A stretch of DNA of 64,000 nt from Octopus sinensis (Eukaryota), in NCBI RefSeq assembly GCF_006345805.1, contig NC_043012.1, positions 20,646,001 through 20,710,000 of the forward strand, in the 5' to 3' direction. The position numbers and the translations under genes are program-made. The notes under the pieces are model-generated. The model searched no databases, was not told the DNA's origin, and saw only the letters and a list, made by a program, of their open reading frames with translations. Shown here piece by piece: positions 14,376 to 26,760 of this stretch. Positions within the stretch are counted from its first letter, which is position 1; every line of letters begins with the position of its first letter.

Positions 14376-16214
14376 GCATATTAATATAAACTAGGTGAAA
14401 AAGCAAACATAAAGGGTAAACTTCAACGTCGCTAATTGTGATTGAGGGAGACGAAGTACCCATATTGCAAAACATAAGAGTTAAAAAAACCTCCTAAAGC
14501 TGTAAAAAGTGCGCATTATATATACACTGACAGGAGAGATAACCACACTATGAGCATCTCTAGGATAACTAGACTACAGTAATTTCAACTGCCACTCGTA
14601 GGATCATCAGTAGTTTGGCTAAATCAGGGTATCCGTATATTTTACCATAACAATTTATGATTCAATGCGCTGTAGTACCAACATTACGAAAGACACACAT
14701 ACACACACACATACACACACACACGCATACACACACACATATACACATACATACACACATACACACACATACACACACATACACACACACACATATATAT
14801 CTAAATGGAACAAAACAGTTTGAGCCAAACACCTTGGTACTCTAACTTTCAAGCGTGACGCTAATCTTCGGTCATTATTATTGTAACCGTACTGCCAGCT
14901 TTAAGAGAATCAGTAAGAGCTATTCAACATCTATGCCAGATTTTGTATGGCGACTTAAGGAGGATAAAAGGAAGTATAGCATAACTTGGTCCAAAGTAAG
15001 GTACGCGAAACCATACAATATAATTGTTCCGTGGAATTCCTGACTATTTTGTGGACTTAAGAAAAGGTCAGTAACATAATTTCTGAACAACTCTCGAGAT
15101 GCTAGCACACATATAAATGTATTTTCGCACGATGCGGTATGAGTAACCGTTAGCATAATTTAATTTACTTTACGGTATGGATGACTTAATGTTACTGTTT
15201 AACTTTCCCATTCTTACAAACACCAAGTAGATAGCTAACTCACTTTGTGATCATGAGTGCACGAAATCTGACGTTTTTAGAGATGCTTGTATGAGCGAGT
15301 GTACTCGCGTCAATCAACTTGCCCGAGGGCGCTTATACATCCAAATTTGTTAAGGGCTATTTTTAATACTTTTCTCGATGGATTGCGTGTTCGTTTCTCT
15401 TTTTGCCATCTGTGATTTTATTTTTGATTTGTATTTTTGCTGATTCACTCTAAAGAAGATACGATGCGATTCATGAACATCAAATATAGATAGTTTCAAC
15501 ACATATGTGTGTGTGTCTGTGTCTGTGTGTGGTTGTGTCTGTGTATGTATGTATACATATGTATGTATACATATGTATGTTCAGGCAGACATACATACAT
15601 AGGTACATAAGTATAGATGTATGTGTGTGTGTATGTGTCTTTTGTATATAATACATGCATATCAGTCAACAGATCATTACTGTTAACAATTTGGAAGTAT
15701 AATTCGTTTCTTGACAGGATGTTCGCTATCATTTTCAGCGACATATGCTCCTACATTTAAATACTGTCATGTGAATAAATATATTAATTTATAAAGATGA
15801 AAGCCAGGAGAATATCACATACTGCTTCATTTAATATACATGAAAGCGTTAATATTTTACATTTATATTTTCATTTTTCTATCGATCTCTTTTCAATTAA
15901 TTGGACTTTTCAAATTCCTGTCTGTTAGGCTGTATTATAATTTAAAGACAACAAAACTAAACTACATATATTTACAATCTATATAATCGTTCAGTCATTC
16001 CATAAGGAATTGATGCGTAGATTACTCGTTTTGGTCACTGAGCAAGCAATTAATGTTGACGATACTGATTAGATAGATAATACAGGAATAGCGATTTTAG
16101 TTTTGAATAATTAGGCTGGGAAAAATTTCGATAAGTTGGCAAAGACTCATATTATTCATAGCAGCATTTAGTCTGGTTCATTCAAGTTACTTGCCGGAAG
16201 CAACTACGGCATTA

Positions 16215-16250
16215 TTGTCACTATTATTATTATTAACATTATTTTTATTA

Positions 16251-16306
<56 letters not shown>

Positions 16307-16352
16307 TATTATTATTATTATTACCATCATCATCATCATCATCATCATTATT
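16215..16352. repeat. (TTA)n/(CAT)n microsatellite at the 3' end of a Dong/R4 copy
   Basis: Direct repeat run. Confidence 0.95.
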
Positions 16353-17922
16353 ACTCTTTATCGTCTTTGCAGAGCTTCTAACGCTAGAGATGTACTACTC
16401 ACTACCAGTGAGCTAAGGTAACACCCCTTATTTTTCGATCACCATCCGAAGTATTCGAGCGTTTCGAAGCAGTGCTCCACCATTATTGCAGCCCCTATTT
16501 GTTCCATGTACTTTTTTACTTATGGTTCCTAGAGCTCCTAAAATTATTGGTACTACTACCACCTTTTTCAACGACTACGACTTCTTAACCTCCCAAGCTA
16601 ACTTGTCATATCTATCGACTTTTCTTTCTTCCTTATCGCATACCTTGTTGTCAGCTGGGCATGCTATATCTATGATCCAGTCTCATTTGCTTCCTTTTTC
16701 ACTTAACACTGTCTGGTTTCTTATTCTCAATCTCATGGTCACACTGAATTATAAAATCCCACAGGATCTTCACATTATCATTTTCGATGATGCCTTCGGG
16801 TTTATGTTCGTACCACATTTTGCTCTGTCAAGGCCATACTTGTTGCAAAGTGTCCAATGGGCAATCCCCGGTATATTGTCTTGACATCTCTTATATTCTT
16901 TCTGGGCTAGTGGCGTGCATTGACTGGAAATATGCCATACGTTTCCATATTTTGTCCACAAATTATGCACTTATCACTTTCTGATGTGTTGTCTACTCTG
17001 TATTTGATCTAATTCGTTCTCCGTGTTTGCTCTTGGGCAGCACAGATTACAGCCTCTGTTTCCGATTTTAAATCGCTTTTAGTCACCCACAGTCATCTTT
17101 TTTCCCTGTCTTACTTATCTATGGAATTGTCCAAATATTCTTTTCTTTATCCACCTATTTTAGTTTCATTCATTCTCAAGTGTTTGTACAGTGCTTTATC
17201 TTTGCAATCTTCCACCCAACACAAGCCTGACCTTCTCACTTCCATTAATAGTGGTTCTTTGGCATTTTTTACTACCATGCTATGTGGTTATCTACTGCTC
17301 TAATACTGCGTTCGCATTCAATGAGTCCTCTCCCCACTCATTTTGTTGGTACATACAGTCTGCCTGTGTCACATTTTGGGTGGAGCATCCCATATCTAGT
17401 CAGCAACTTCCTTGACTTTCTGTCTAAGCAGTTTAGCTCGTCTACTGCCTATACGATTACCCCCTGATCCATGTCTAAGGAGTGAACCCACCCAGGTGTT
17501 GATAGCTTCAATATTATTCCGTCCGTTTAATTTCGACTTAAGAATCAGTCTGCGCAAGTACTCCATCTTAAATTTTTGTCATTTGTTTTTCCTTCAGTGT
17601 ATCCATTTCCAATATCCTGAAGTATTTATAGCCCCTCTCTTCTATTTATTTCATAACACTCCCCGTCGGTATCGCTAGTCTGTCCATACATTTGAATTAG
17701 CTTCCCTTCAGGACTACCATACCACCCCAATCCAGTCCGAACTTCGTTCTGAGATCAACGCTGAATGCATACACCGTATCAACGAAGGAACCGACTTGGG
17801 ATTCATATTTATCATAAAGTTTGAGGTCATGAATAACAAGTGGTTGACTTTTTGTTGGCGGCTCTTCAATACATACCCAGTCGTTGATTACCTCAGAATC
17901 AGTGTTAGTGGTATCATGGTGT
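16345..17922 (-). mobile_element. 5'-truncated R4/Dong non-LTR retrotransposon (RT core to restriction-like endonuclease), pseudogenised
   Basis: The minus strand gives MIPLTLILR..GYVLKSRQQKVNHLLFM(frameshift)DLKLY (RT xMDD region), VYAFSVDLRTKFGLD, GYKYFRILE, and HISSQCTPLAQKEYKRCQDNIPGIAHWTLCNKYGL (CCHC-adjacent region). The 3' UTR resembles 60496-60600. Confidence 0.9.
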
Positions 17923-17929
17923 ACACACA

Positions 17930-18365
17930 CACACACACACATTCTCTCACAAAATAATGATAAAAAAAAATCCAGACAATTTTTTGAGAAGTGACATTTT
18001 GCCCTTGAAGTGGCCAGCTGGGTTTGCCATTTCTAAAAATCAAGATCATTTACTATTGAAAATCTGACCAGTTGCAAAAATATAAACACATTTTTTCTTC
18101 TTTCTCTCCTCCTCCTTCCTTTGATTCCCTTTCCCAATCGACGCTCCTTTCAGATACACAGACACCTACACACACGCGCGTATATACACACACACACATA
18201 CACACACTCTCTCACAAGACAATGATAAGAAGAAATCCAGAAATGTTTTGCACTCCTCTGGAGTGACCACCTGGGTTTGCTATTTCTAAAAGCCAAGAAC
18301 CATTTACTATTGAACAACTGACCATCTCTTTTTCTCTAACATTCCTTTCAGATACAAAACACACA
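17930..18365. repeat. Diverged local duplication, two ~270-bp-spaced copies
   Basis: ctctcacaa..aatgataa..aatccaga..gtg.cca.ctgggtttgc.atttctaaaa..caaga..catttactattgaa..ctgacca occurs at ~17945-18070 and ~18208-18325. Confidence 0.75.
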
Positions 18366-18699
18366 CACATACACACCACACACACACACACACACACACC
18401 ACACACACACAGACGCTCTCTCTCACTTTCTGCCCATTCCTCACCCTCTTACACTATCTTATATCTCTCCCCACCACTACACACTCAATAATACTATCAA
18501 AAGAAACAAAATTCCAGCAAAAGTTCAATTTGACAACTCCACTTGAGGGGACAAAAGCGCTACTATATGATATATGATTTATAAAAACATGTAACCTACT
18601 AATAAATATCTGTAAATATAAAACCATCCAGATTTCTGAGTATCTCATTTCTTCTAATATATAATACCTGTACATCATCTCGAAAACTTGCAATATATA

Positions 18700-18778
<79 letters not shown>

Positions 18779-19336
18779 CACTAGGTTACTACAAGATGCC
18801 TTATTACTAATCAAATTGGACTGATTTATCGACGTGAAAATCTAGGATGCTTTAGAGAACTTTGAGTTATATCTCATTCTGTAGGGAGATGAATGCTGGA
18901 GTAGTGCATCTGTTTGATAACGGAGATATCAACGACGGTCGACGCCGGTTTGTTTTCTTGTCAACTCTGACCATAAAAATGGCAGTTGTTTAACTATGTT
19001 AAAATATATTACATTGACTAGTAAAATTCTTAATGAAATTTACATTGAGTATCATTAAGTATTCTTCACTAAACATTTGAAATTTCAATTTAATGTAATC
19101 ACTCAAGAATAGAGACTGGCAGTTAGAGGACAACAGATATTTAAGAAAAGCATTGTTAGTAATATAGCTCGATATAGTGTGCATTGCTTCACAGTGCTCA
19201 AACACACTCACACTTTCACACACACACACACAAAGGAAACTTTCTATACAGGTGTATAATCATACACAACGTCGATGAGACACCAACATATATTTACGAC
19301 ATATACACTGGTGTGCTGAAAGAGAAGTACATTTAT

Positions 19337-19360
19337 TCATACATACATACATACATACAT

Positions 19361-19405
<45 letters not shown>

Positions 19406-19430
19406 TGAACCTTGTGAGGAGCATTATGCG

Positions 19431-19510
<80 letters not shown>

Positions 19511-19621
19511 TAATAATACATACATACATACATACATACATACATACATACATACATACGTACATACACACATAAATACATACATACATACATACACACA
19601 TAAATACATACATACATACAT

Positions 19622-19666
<45 letters not shown>

Positions 19667-19691
19667 TGAACCTTGTGAGGAGCATTATGCG

Positions 19692-19768
<77 letters not shown>

Positions 19769-19884
19769 TAATAATACATACATACATACATACATACATA
19801 CATACATACATACATACGTACATACACACATAAATACATACATACATACACACATAAATACATACATACATACATACATACATA
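19337..19884. repeat. Tandem duplication (period 261) of a microsatellite cassette with a unique 32-bp core
   Basis: aaagttgaaccttgtgaggagcattatgcggg occurs at 19401 and 19662, each followed by (TAA)n and (CATA)n. Confidence 0.9.
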
Positions 19885-21483
19885 CAGTAACACTCATTTG
19901 ATTTTATAGTGTAGTATTATATAGCTACAAATACATAAAATTCAATTGGTACGCATTTTGCTCTTATGATTAAACGGGGTTTTTGAATCTTCTACAACCG
20001 CTGTTTGGTCTGCGAGATTTATTACTATGTTATTATTGTCACCGAGTCTTATTATTAACATAGATATATTCATTGAATAATCACTTCCATTATGAGAAGT
20101 AACCGATAGATTGGAATTTTAAATGGATTAATTAACAAGAGATAACAACAGGCTTTTAAAGTTTGGGAGATAAGGTCGTAAAAGGAAGTTAAAATGTTTA
20201 ATGTTAATTATCTGAATGTAGTTTATATTTCGTTTCTAATATCTCATCACCACTATTAATATAATGAAAATAATCCATGAACTATCAGGTGTTGTGAACT
20301 TCCCATTTACGTTATAACTATTATGTAACATAATGAAAATTATACGCAGCTTCATTGGCCTGAAGCATAACGAGGAAATTAATCTATATATCATTGGAAA
20401 TGTTAGTTATGAGAATATTCTATAGAGTGCAAGAGGAATGACGGAGATGTGGCATGAATAAGTGGTATAAATATTTGAACGTTTTATTTCAGAAAACAAA
20501 TAAAAGTGTTATATAACAAGCAAGTATATTGTTAATTCATATTTATATGACGCGATATGTCTTCTAGAAAATAGAATTTTTTTTTGTTTTCCTGATATAG
20601 AGAGTTCTAGTAAAAAGAGCTACTTGCTTTCGACGTTTCAACTTAATCGATTATAAGAAAATTAACCGACCTCAGTACTTGACTGTTTCTCTATTTCTTA
20701 ATCGTGGAATTAACAGGCAAAGCTGTTCAAGGGAATATTTGAACTCACCGTTAAAACTTCTCTTTCCCGCTTAATCTCTCGCCGTCTTGCTCTCTCGTAC
20801 TTCGCCTCTACCTTTCGCCTAAGTGTATTAATATTAATCACCTTCAACTACTTCATCCTCTCTTCTTTCTTTACTCCTCCCTCCCTCTCTCTCTCTCTTT
20901 CTCCCTCTCTCTCTCTCTTTCTCCTTCTCTCTCTCTCTCTTTCTCCCTCACTCACTCCACCTCCAACTCACTAACTAAATTATAACGAGTGAACAAACAC
21001 TATAAATAAAGGAAAAATAGGGCATATCGTATGAACTCACAAAAAGAACTGCAGCCGAAACTGGTCCAATAAATTCTATGTATGTATACGTATGTACGTG
21101 TGTGCGCGGGCGTGTAGGCGTGCCAGAGGAGGCGCTTATGCATAGCTATAAAACAAGTATCGTTTACATTTACCTACGTGTATGTGATATGGCATGACGA
21201 AGACTGATTGAAAAAAAAATTATTATTGTTCAACATTAGATACAACTTCCGATATCGTCTGTTCAGTGCAACAACACTTAATAAATAAATAAAAAATCAG
21301 CTAACTTTTACTTTATATTCCTCATGAAACACAGTGTAAATACAAGTTTTAATAGCGATAAACCATTTTACATCAAAGAATCGTTCATATGTGACTGCGT
21401 GCGAGTATGTGTGAGAGTGTGAGCGTATCTGTATGCAAGTGTATGCTTTGCCGCAGTATTACTGTTGGAAATTGATAAGAACA

Positions 21484-21532
<49 letters not shown>

Positions 21533-21603
21533 ACACACACACACATATATATACATATGCATATAAATATACAGATATATATATGGATATGTGTATATAT
21601 ATA

Positions 21604-21643
<40 letters not shown>

Positions 21644-21671
21644 GCATATAAATATACAGATATATATATGG

Positions 21672-21714
<43 letters not shown>

Positions 21715-21715
<1 letters not shown>

Positions 21716-21960
21716 GTGGTCTGATCGATGAGTATCACGAATGTTGCTATAGTAACAAAACTATAGGCATGGAGAGTGAAGCCGCATCACACGGATTGAT
21801 CTTAAAATCTGCTGTGCATGCGCACTACGTTTTAACGTTCTAGCTCATTTTACTATTTACAGCAGTGCTTGGAGGGAAGGTGTGTAGCGTGTGATCGTCG
21901 CATTTACCATAACAGAGAAAGCTGAGCACAGAATCTACATCAAATTTTACCAAAATCTGC
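21715..21960 (+). mobile_element. Mariner 5' fragment (TIR plus start of transposase)
   Basis: Follows TA in a (TA)n tract with cgtggtctgatcgatgagtatc, then EKAEHRIYIKFYQNL resembling the mariner N-terminal EQRxxIKF motif. Confidence 0.65.
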
Positions 21961-22596
21961 AAATGCACTGACTCTATATACATTCCATATATACACACAC
22001 TCCATATACACGCATTCTATATACACACATACATGCAAAAATACTCTAACAAAATGCTGTTGTATTCTTTATTTCCCCATTATCGCTATATCCCTGTTTT
22101 GTGTATACCTCTATACTTGTTTCTATCAAATTTCGCCTTTAGGCCCCTTCTCACCATTGTGTTCTCCGATACTATCTGTTTTACTGAATACCATTCAAAC
22201 GCCACCCATGCGCATCGTTGTAATCATCTATTTTCTAACTCCTTTTATATGTTTAAAAACAAACAATTGCTTTCATACGTATTTTGCTCTTTTCATCGTT
22301 TCCACTATCTATTACCTCTGTTTAACTAATCAATTTGACATCAGTATATCAATCAAACCACTAAACTATTCTCTAAGATGTTTGCTTCCTGAAAGCAGAA
22401 AAAGATCAAACATTGAATCATTTTACCAGACTCAGTTCTCTGGCATTGAAAAGTAGGATAATATATTCAAGATGGCTGTAAACATCCGACATGAGACTTC
22501 GCGTACTTCTCTATACAATAGAGGCGACTGGATACAACGACGACCTCTTCAGATCTGTAAATGAAGTTGTGTGGCATAAACGTGACTAACAAAGGC

Positions 22597-22975
22597 GGAA
22601 ATCTGCTCCGGCATCTCGCCAGTTATTAAGACAAACCTAAATGTAGGCTTATTAGCCCCAGTTGAATCAGAAATTGGTATTATTAGTAAAGAAATTTTAA
22701 GAAAAATCAATGCGAAAGTCAGATATGATACTAGGTTAGTAGAATAGTCCAATAGTGTAGAAGTCGTTGACTGGTTTAAAGCCATTAAGAATAAGAATAA
22801 AGGGAGGTTTACGCAAAGGCTTGTCTTAATAACTGACGAGATGCCGGAGCAGTTTCCTTCCCGACATCCTAAAATCGGAATTTGATTGTCACATATTATA
22901 TTATAGATAAATTCCTCTATTTATATAATATCGAGGTCGCATTCATTCTTTTGTTGTCATACTATTACTATTAAT
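22597..22975 (+). mobile_element. Penelope-like element fragment: RT piece between inverted pLTR pieces
   Basis: 22632-22816 translates KPKCRLISP/ESEIGIISKEILRKINAKVRYDTRLVE*SNSVEVVDWFKAIKNKNKGRFTQ, matching the PLE RT N-terminal region. 22597-22634 and 22821-22857 are inverted repeats. 22880-22945 matches 43580-43655 on the minus strand. Confidence 0.8.
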
Positions 22976-23027
22976 ATATATATATGTATATATATACGTA
23001 TATATATATATGTATGTATATATATAT

Positions 23028-23069
<42 letters not shown>

Positions 23070-23079
23070 CGTATATATA

Positions 23080-23119
<40 letters not shown>

Positions 23120-23150
23120 GATATGTATATACATATCTATATATATATAT

Positions 23151-23440
23151 GGCCCAATGGTTAGGGCAGCGGACTCGCGGTCGTAGGATCGCGGTTTCGA
23201 TTCCCAGACCGGGCGTTGTGAGTGTTTATTGAGCGAAAACACCACGAGGCTCCGGCTGGGGGTGGTGGCGAACCTGCAGTACTCTTTCGCTACAACTTTC
23301 TCTCACTTTTTCTTCTGTTGGCCTGCTCGCTTAGCAGCGTGGTGGCGTCATTTGAAGGCTAAAACAATGCGAAGCGCATTGTGACCGGCGATATGTAGCA
23401 ACATCTGATAGCCTGGTCGGTCACGGTGATCACGGTGATA
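23151..23440 (+). mobile_element. tRNA-derived SINE, family C
   Basis: A-box-like ggcccaatggttagg and B-box-like ggtttcgattccc, followed by a body shared with 58362-58680. Confidence 0.85.
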
Positions 23441-25499
23441 TATATATCCAGCATTTCAATTGATTTAGTTTGACCCTCTGTCGTTTACTCCAGTATTGAA
23501 GCAGTTTTTAATGTCTAAATAGAAACTTTGAAGTATTGAAGGCAACAGTAAAAGATGTGTTCAAATATAGAAGTAAGCTACTTCCATAACAACTGACATT
23601 TAATCGCATGTTGTATCGTTATCAATGTTTTCCTAGAACTATTAATTGCTACGCTGCAGCTGTGTCACACATTTTTCTTACCAATATCAGATGAAATAAC
23701 AGAAATATTTATATACGTATGGTGCAACAAAATTACTCAATACTGGTGAGCTGAAAGAAATTATGGTATGTCAGAGCAAATACCTTACATTCATTTCTTC
23801 TGTCGTACTCCTTTGTCCCTATACGGTACCCGTATCGACTTTTCTACTTTGGCGCCGAGAACTCAATTTAATGAGCTATACACACCGCCTAAAATAGACA
23901 TATTGTGTTCTTACGTTCACTACAAAATCAATCAACATTCGCCAAACAGAATTTATTCTATGATTTTCGCTGAATACCAGTTGAGGGCATTCCATTTCGT
24001 CAATAATTCTCTTATGTAAATTGTGAAATCCTAATTTTCCGTTTCTACCTGCACTGAAATATACAATGCCAGTGGAGAGCAAAAGAAAACCTAAGATAAC
24101 TAAAACTAAATGCGTTACAAATATTTTTATTTACTAAATGACAACTACTGGGGACATGAATACTATATTTTGCAAGGAAAACAGAACGATCGAATGTACA
24201 CAGATAGTTCAATATTTCGTTTATCGGCAACGTTTCTGTGGGCATTATAATACTAAGCATTACATTATTGACTGCGATTGCCAACATCATATCTTCAACT
24301 TTTGCTGATATCTTCTGAGACTTTCTTTTTCCTTTTTGCATATTTTAGTATCGGTGAGATAAGATCTAGTAATATACAGCCATAACGTAGTTATACTCAC
24401 TAAACTATAAGTTTTTGCATTCAAATTTGGTTTTATATCTAGTCGAAATAATTTAATACATACATGAATATCTATATAACAGCTCATAAACTCCATAGTT
24501 CTCTGAAAACATCACTTACATCTCCAGAAGGTGTTGGCAACTAATATATGATTTGCAGCTTTTAGCACTTGACCACTAACGTCATATAATGTCTCAGAAT
24601 GAGAAATATGTGAATCTTTAAAGTTTCCCCAGTGGATATACATTTCTATGATCTATAGGAAGCCATCTTTGCTGCAAATCTTCAAACATTTCAGCTTGAC
24701 CTGATGGATAATATTTTGACTTCAATCTGGTCAGAGTTTAAATTTTATGTCCCTCAACAGCTATTATTGACCCGTTACAAAGATTCAATCGACGTCAATA
24801 AGAATATAAGTATCAGTGGACATTACTTTATTAACTGAATTATACCAAAATCTATAACAAAAATATGAAAATATACGATGAAAATGAATATGATTGTATT
24901 GCATTTGTCGACAACCACCTATTGTACAAGTCACATTTTATTTAATAGTTACATTTTATTAGTTATTCGGTAAAAGGAATAATATAAAACTACAGCATAG
25001 CATTATTTATGTCGGAGATAAGCCTTTGTCGCTAGTAGATTTGAATTCCAAAAATTGAATTATTACAAATACTAATGCGGTCTTAGAAAACTAAAAAGCA
25101 ATTCGATAGCAAATGCTTCATAAATAAATGTCTAAACAATCGATGTTACTAATGGGATTTGGAAGACTTTTATTCATAACTAAAAAGGTATAAGCAGTCA
25201 GTGAAAGAGAGAAGACATGTCAAGTAGCTTGAACTGCTGACTTGCTATATACCATACGATACCCACTTAATACTGAATATGCATTTCATAATTTTTCATT
25301 TCCTTTGTCTCCCTCATTCCCTCTTCGGGTTTATCCACGCGCAAGCTATTCGTTTCGTTCTAAACGCTATATATAATGTGTGAAATGGTTTGTCTCATGG
25401 TGAAAAATCTATTACTTGGCTATCTCAACATTAATGAATTACAGGTCTCTGCATTTGTCTCGTTTCTCTTTCCCTACCATTTTTTTTGTTTACAGCTAA

Positions 25500-26190
25500 A
25501 TATTCAACAATATCATCAACATCTCCATTAATATTATCATTATTATTCGTTGATCCTCACGTTCTCTGCATTTCTTCATCAGTATCTTTTGTAATTCAGA
25601 TTTCGTGTTGTTCTTTGTCTCTCTGACCATTTCTGCTATGTTGTCATCTGAGGTAAGTATGTCAGTGTAGTTTGCTTCTGTTTTGTATTTTGTCGCCTCC
25701 TTGTCTATAGAGAAAAGCATTTTCTTTTTCTCATGTTGCTTTACTACATGCAGCAGTCTTCCCTCTTTGTTTCTAAGTATTTTTCTAGTTCAAATGTTGT
25801 TTTATAGAAGTTTGCTCTCGATATCAGGCGACGGTCTCATTCTGAGCGGAGTACAGGATATTCTGTCTGCGTCTGCTTTGGGGTGGTGACTTCGGTAGGC
25901 CGTTTGTGGTTTTCTGGTTTTTCTTTCTAGGTTCCTCAATTCACTGATCTTCCAGTTTATTATGTTAAAGCTGTCATTTATTACTTGTATGTTTAGCCTG
26001 TTTATCCCGATTATCTTATTTTTAGCTTTAATTCTCCTGTAATTCTCTCTCCTAATCTTCTCTTTCATTTGTGAGCTGTATTTTAGCTGGGGTTTTTTCT
26101 ATTCCTAGATATTTGTATGGACAGTTGTGGTCTAATTCTCTGATTTCTGTGGCTATGTCGAGTGCAGTGTTTGCAGTGCTGAATAATTTG
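25500..26190 (-). mobile_element. R4/Dong non-LTR fragment, decayed
   Basis: The minus strand reads ELDHNCPYKYLGIE, then MKEKIRRENYRRIKAKNKIIGINRLNIQVINDSFNIINWKISELRNLERKTRK..HHPKADADR. Confidence 0.85.
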
Positions 26191-26194
26191 CCTC

Positions 26195-26208
26195 TGTTAT
26201 TATTATTA

Positions 26209-26273
<65 letters not shown>

Positions 26274-26354
26274 TATTATTATTATTATTATTATTATTAC
26301 TACTACTACTACTACTACTACTACCAATACTACTACTACTACTACTACTACCAA

Positions 26355-26391
<37 letters not shown>

Positions 26392-26447
26392 GCTACTACT
26401 ACTAATACTAATACTATTACTATTACTACTAATAATACTACTACTAC

Positions 26448-26484
<37 letters not shown>

Positions 26485-26495
26485 ATTATTACTAT
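26195..26495. repeat. (TTA)n/(CTA)n compound microsatellite
   Basis: Direct repeat run. Confidence 0.95.
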
Positions 26496-26589
26496 ATGAA
26501 AATTCACAGCTTATTTGGCTGGGTATGATGGAAAGTGTCAGCTGTCCAAAGTTGATACTTGTTTACTAGTTACGCTTGGTTACGCCGGA

Positions 26590-26760
26590 GAAAATGTTTA
26601 TCAATATTTCGTTCATCTTTAGGTTCTGAGTTCAAATTCCGAAGAGATTGACTTTGCCTTTCATCATTTCGGGGTCGATAAATTAAATACCGATTGAGAA
26701 TTGAAGTCTATATAATCAACGGCGCGTTAAAATCAAAAACTGCTGGCCCTATTACAAAAT
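26590..26760 (-). mobile_element. SINE-like repeat, family B
   Basis: gttctgagttcaaattcc..gactttgcctttcatc.tttcggggtcgataaatt is the reverse complement of the 53441 copy. Confidence 0.75.

Noticed and set aside
17697-17942. ORF with an FN3-like look (LVIHDLKLYDKYESQV) considered as a host exon
   Set aside because: Neighbouring frames give NHLLFM-DLKLY and FSVDLRTKFGLD; it is the RT core of the Dong element.
21090-21160. GC-rich patch plus TATAAAA as a promoter
   Set aside because: No identifiable downstream transcript, and TATA-like words are abundant in this AT-rich DNA.
23151-23225. tRNA-like sequences (also at 37802, 57559 and 58362)
   Set aside because: They have A/B boxes but continue into shared SINE bodies and lack a convincing acceptor stem; SINE heads, not tRNA genes.
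24045-24341. Hydrophobic ORFs resembling GPCR transmembrane segments
   Set aside because: Flanking in-frame stops, no conserved class A motifs, and AT-rich codons inflate I, L and F content.
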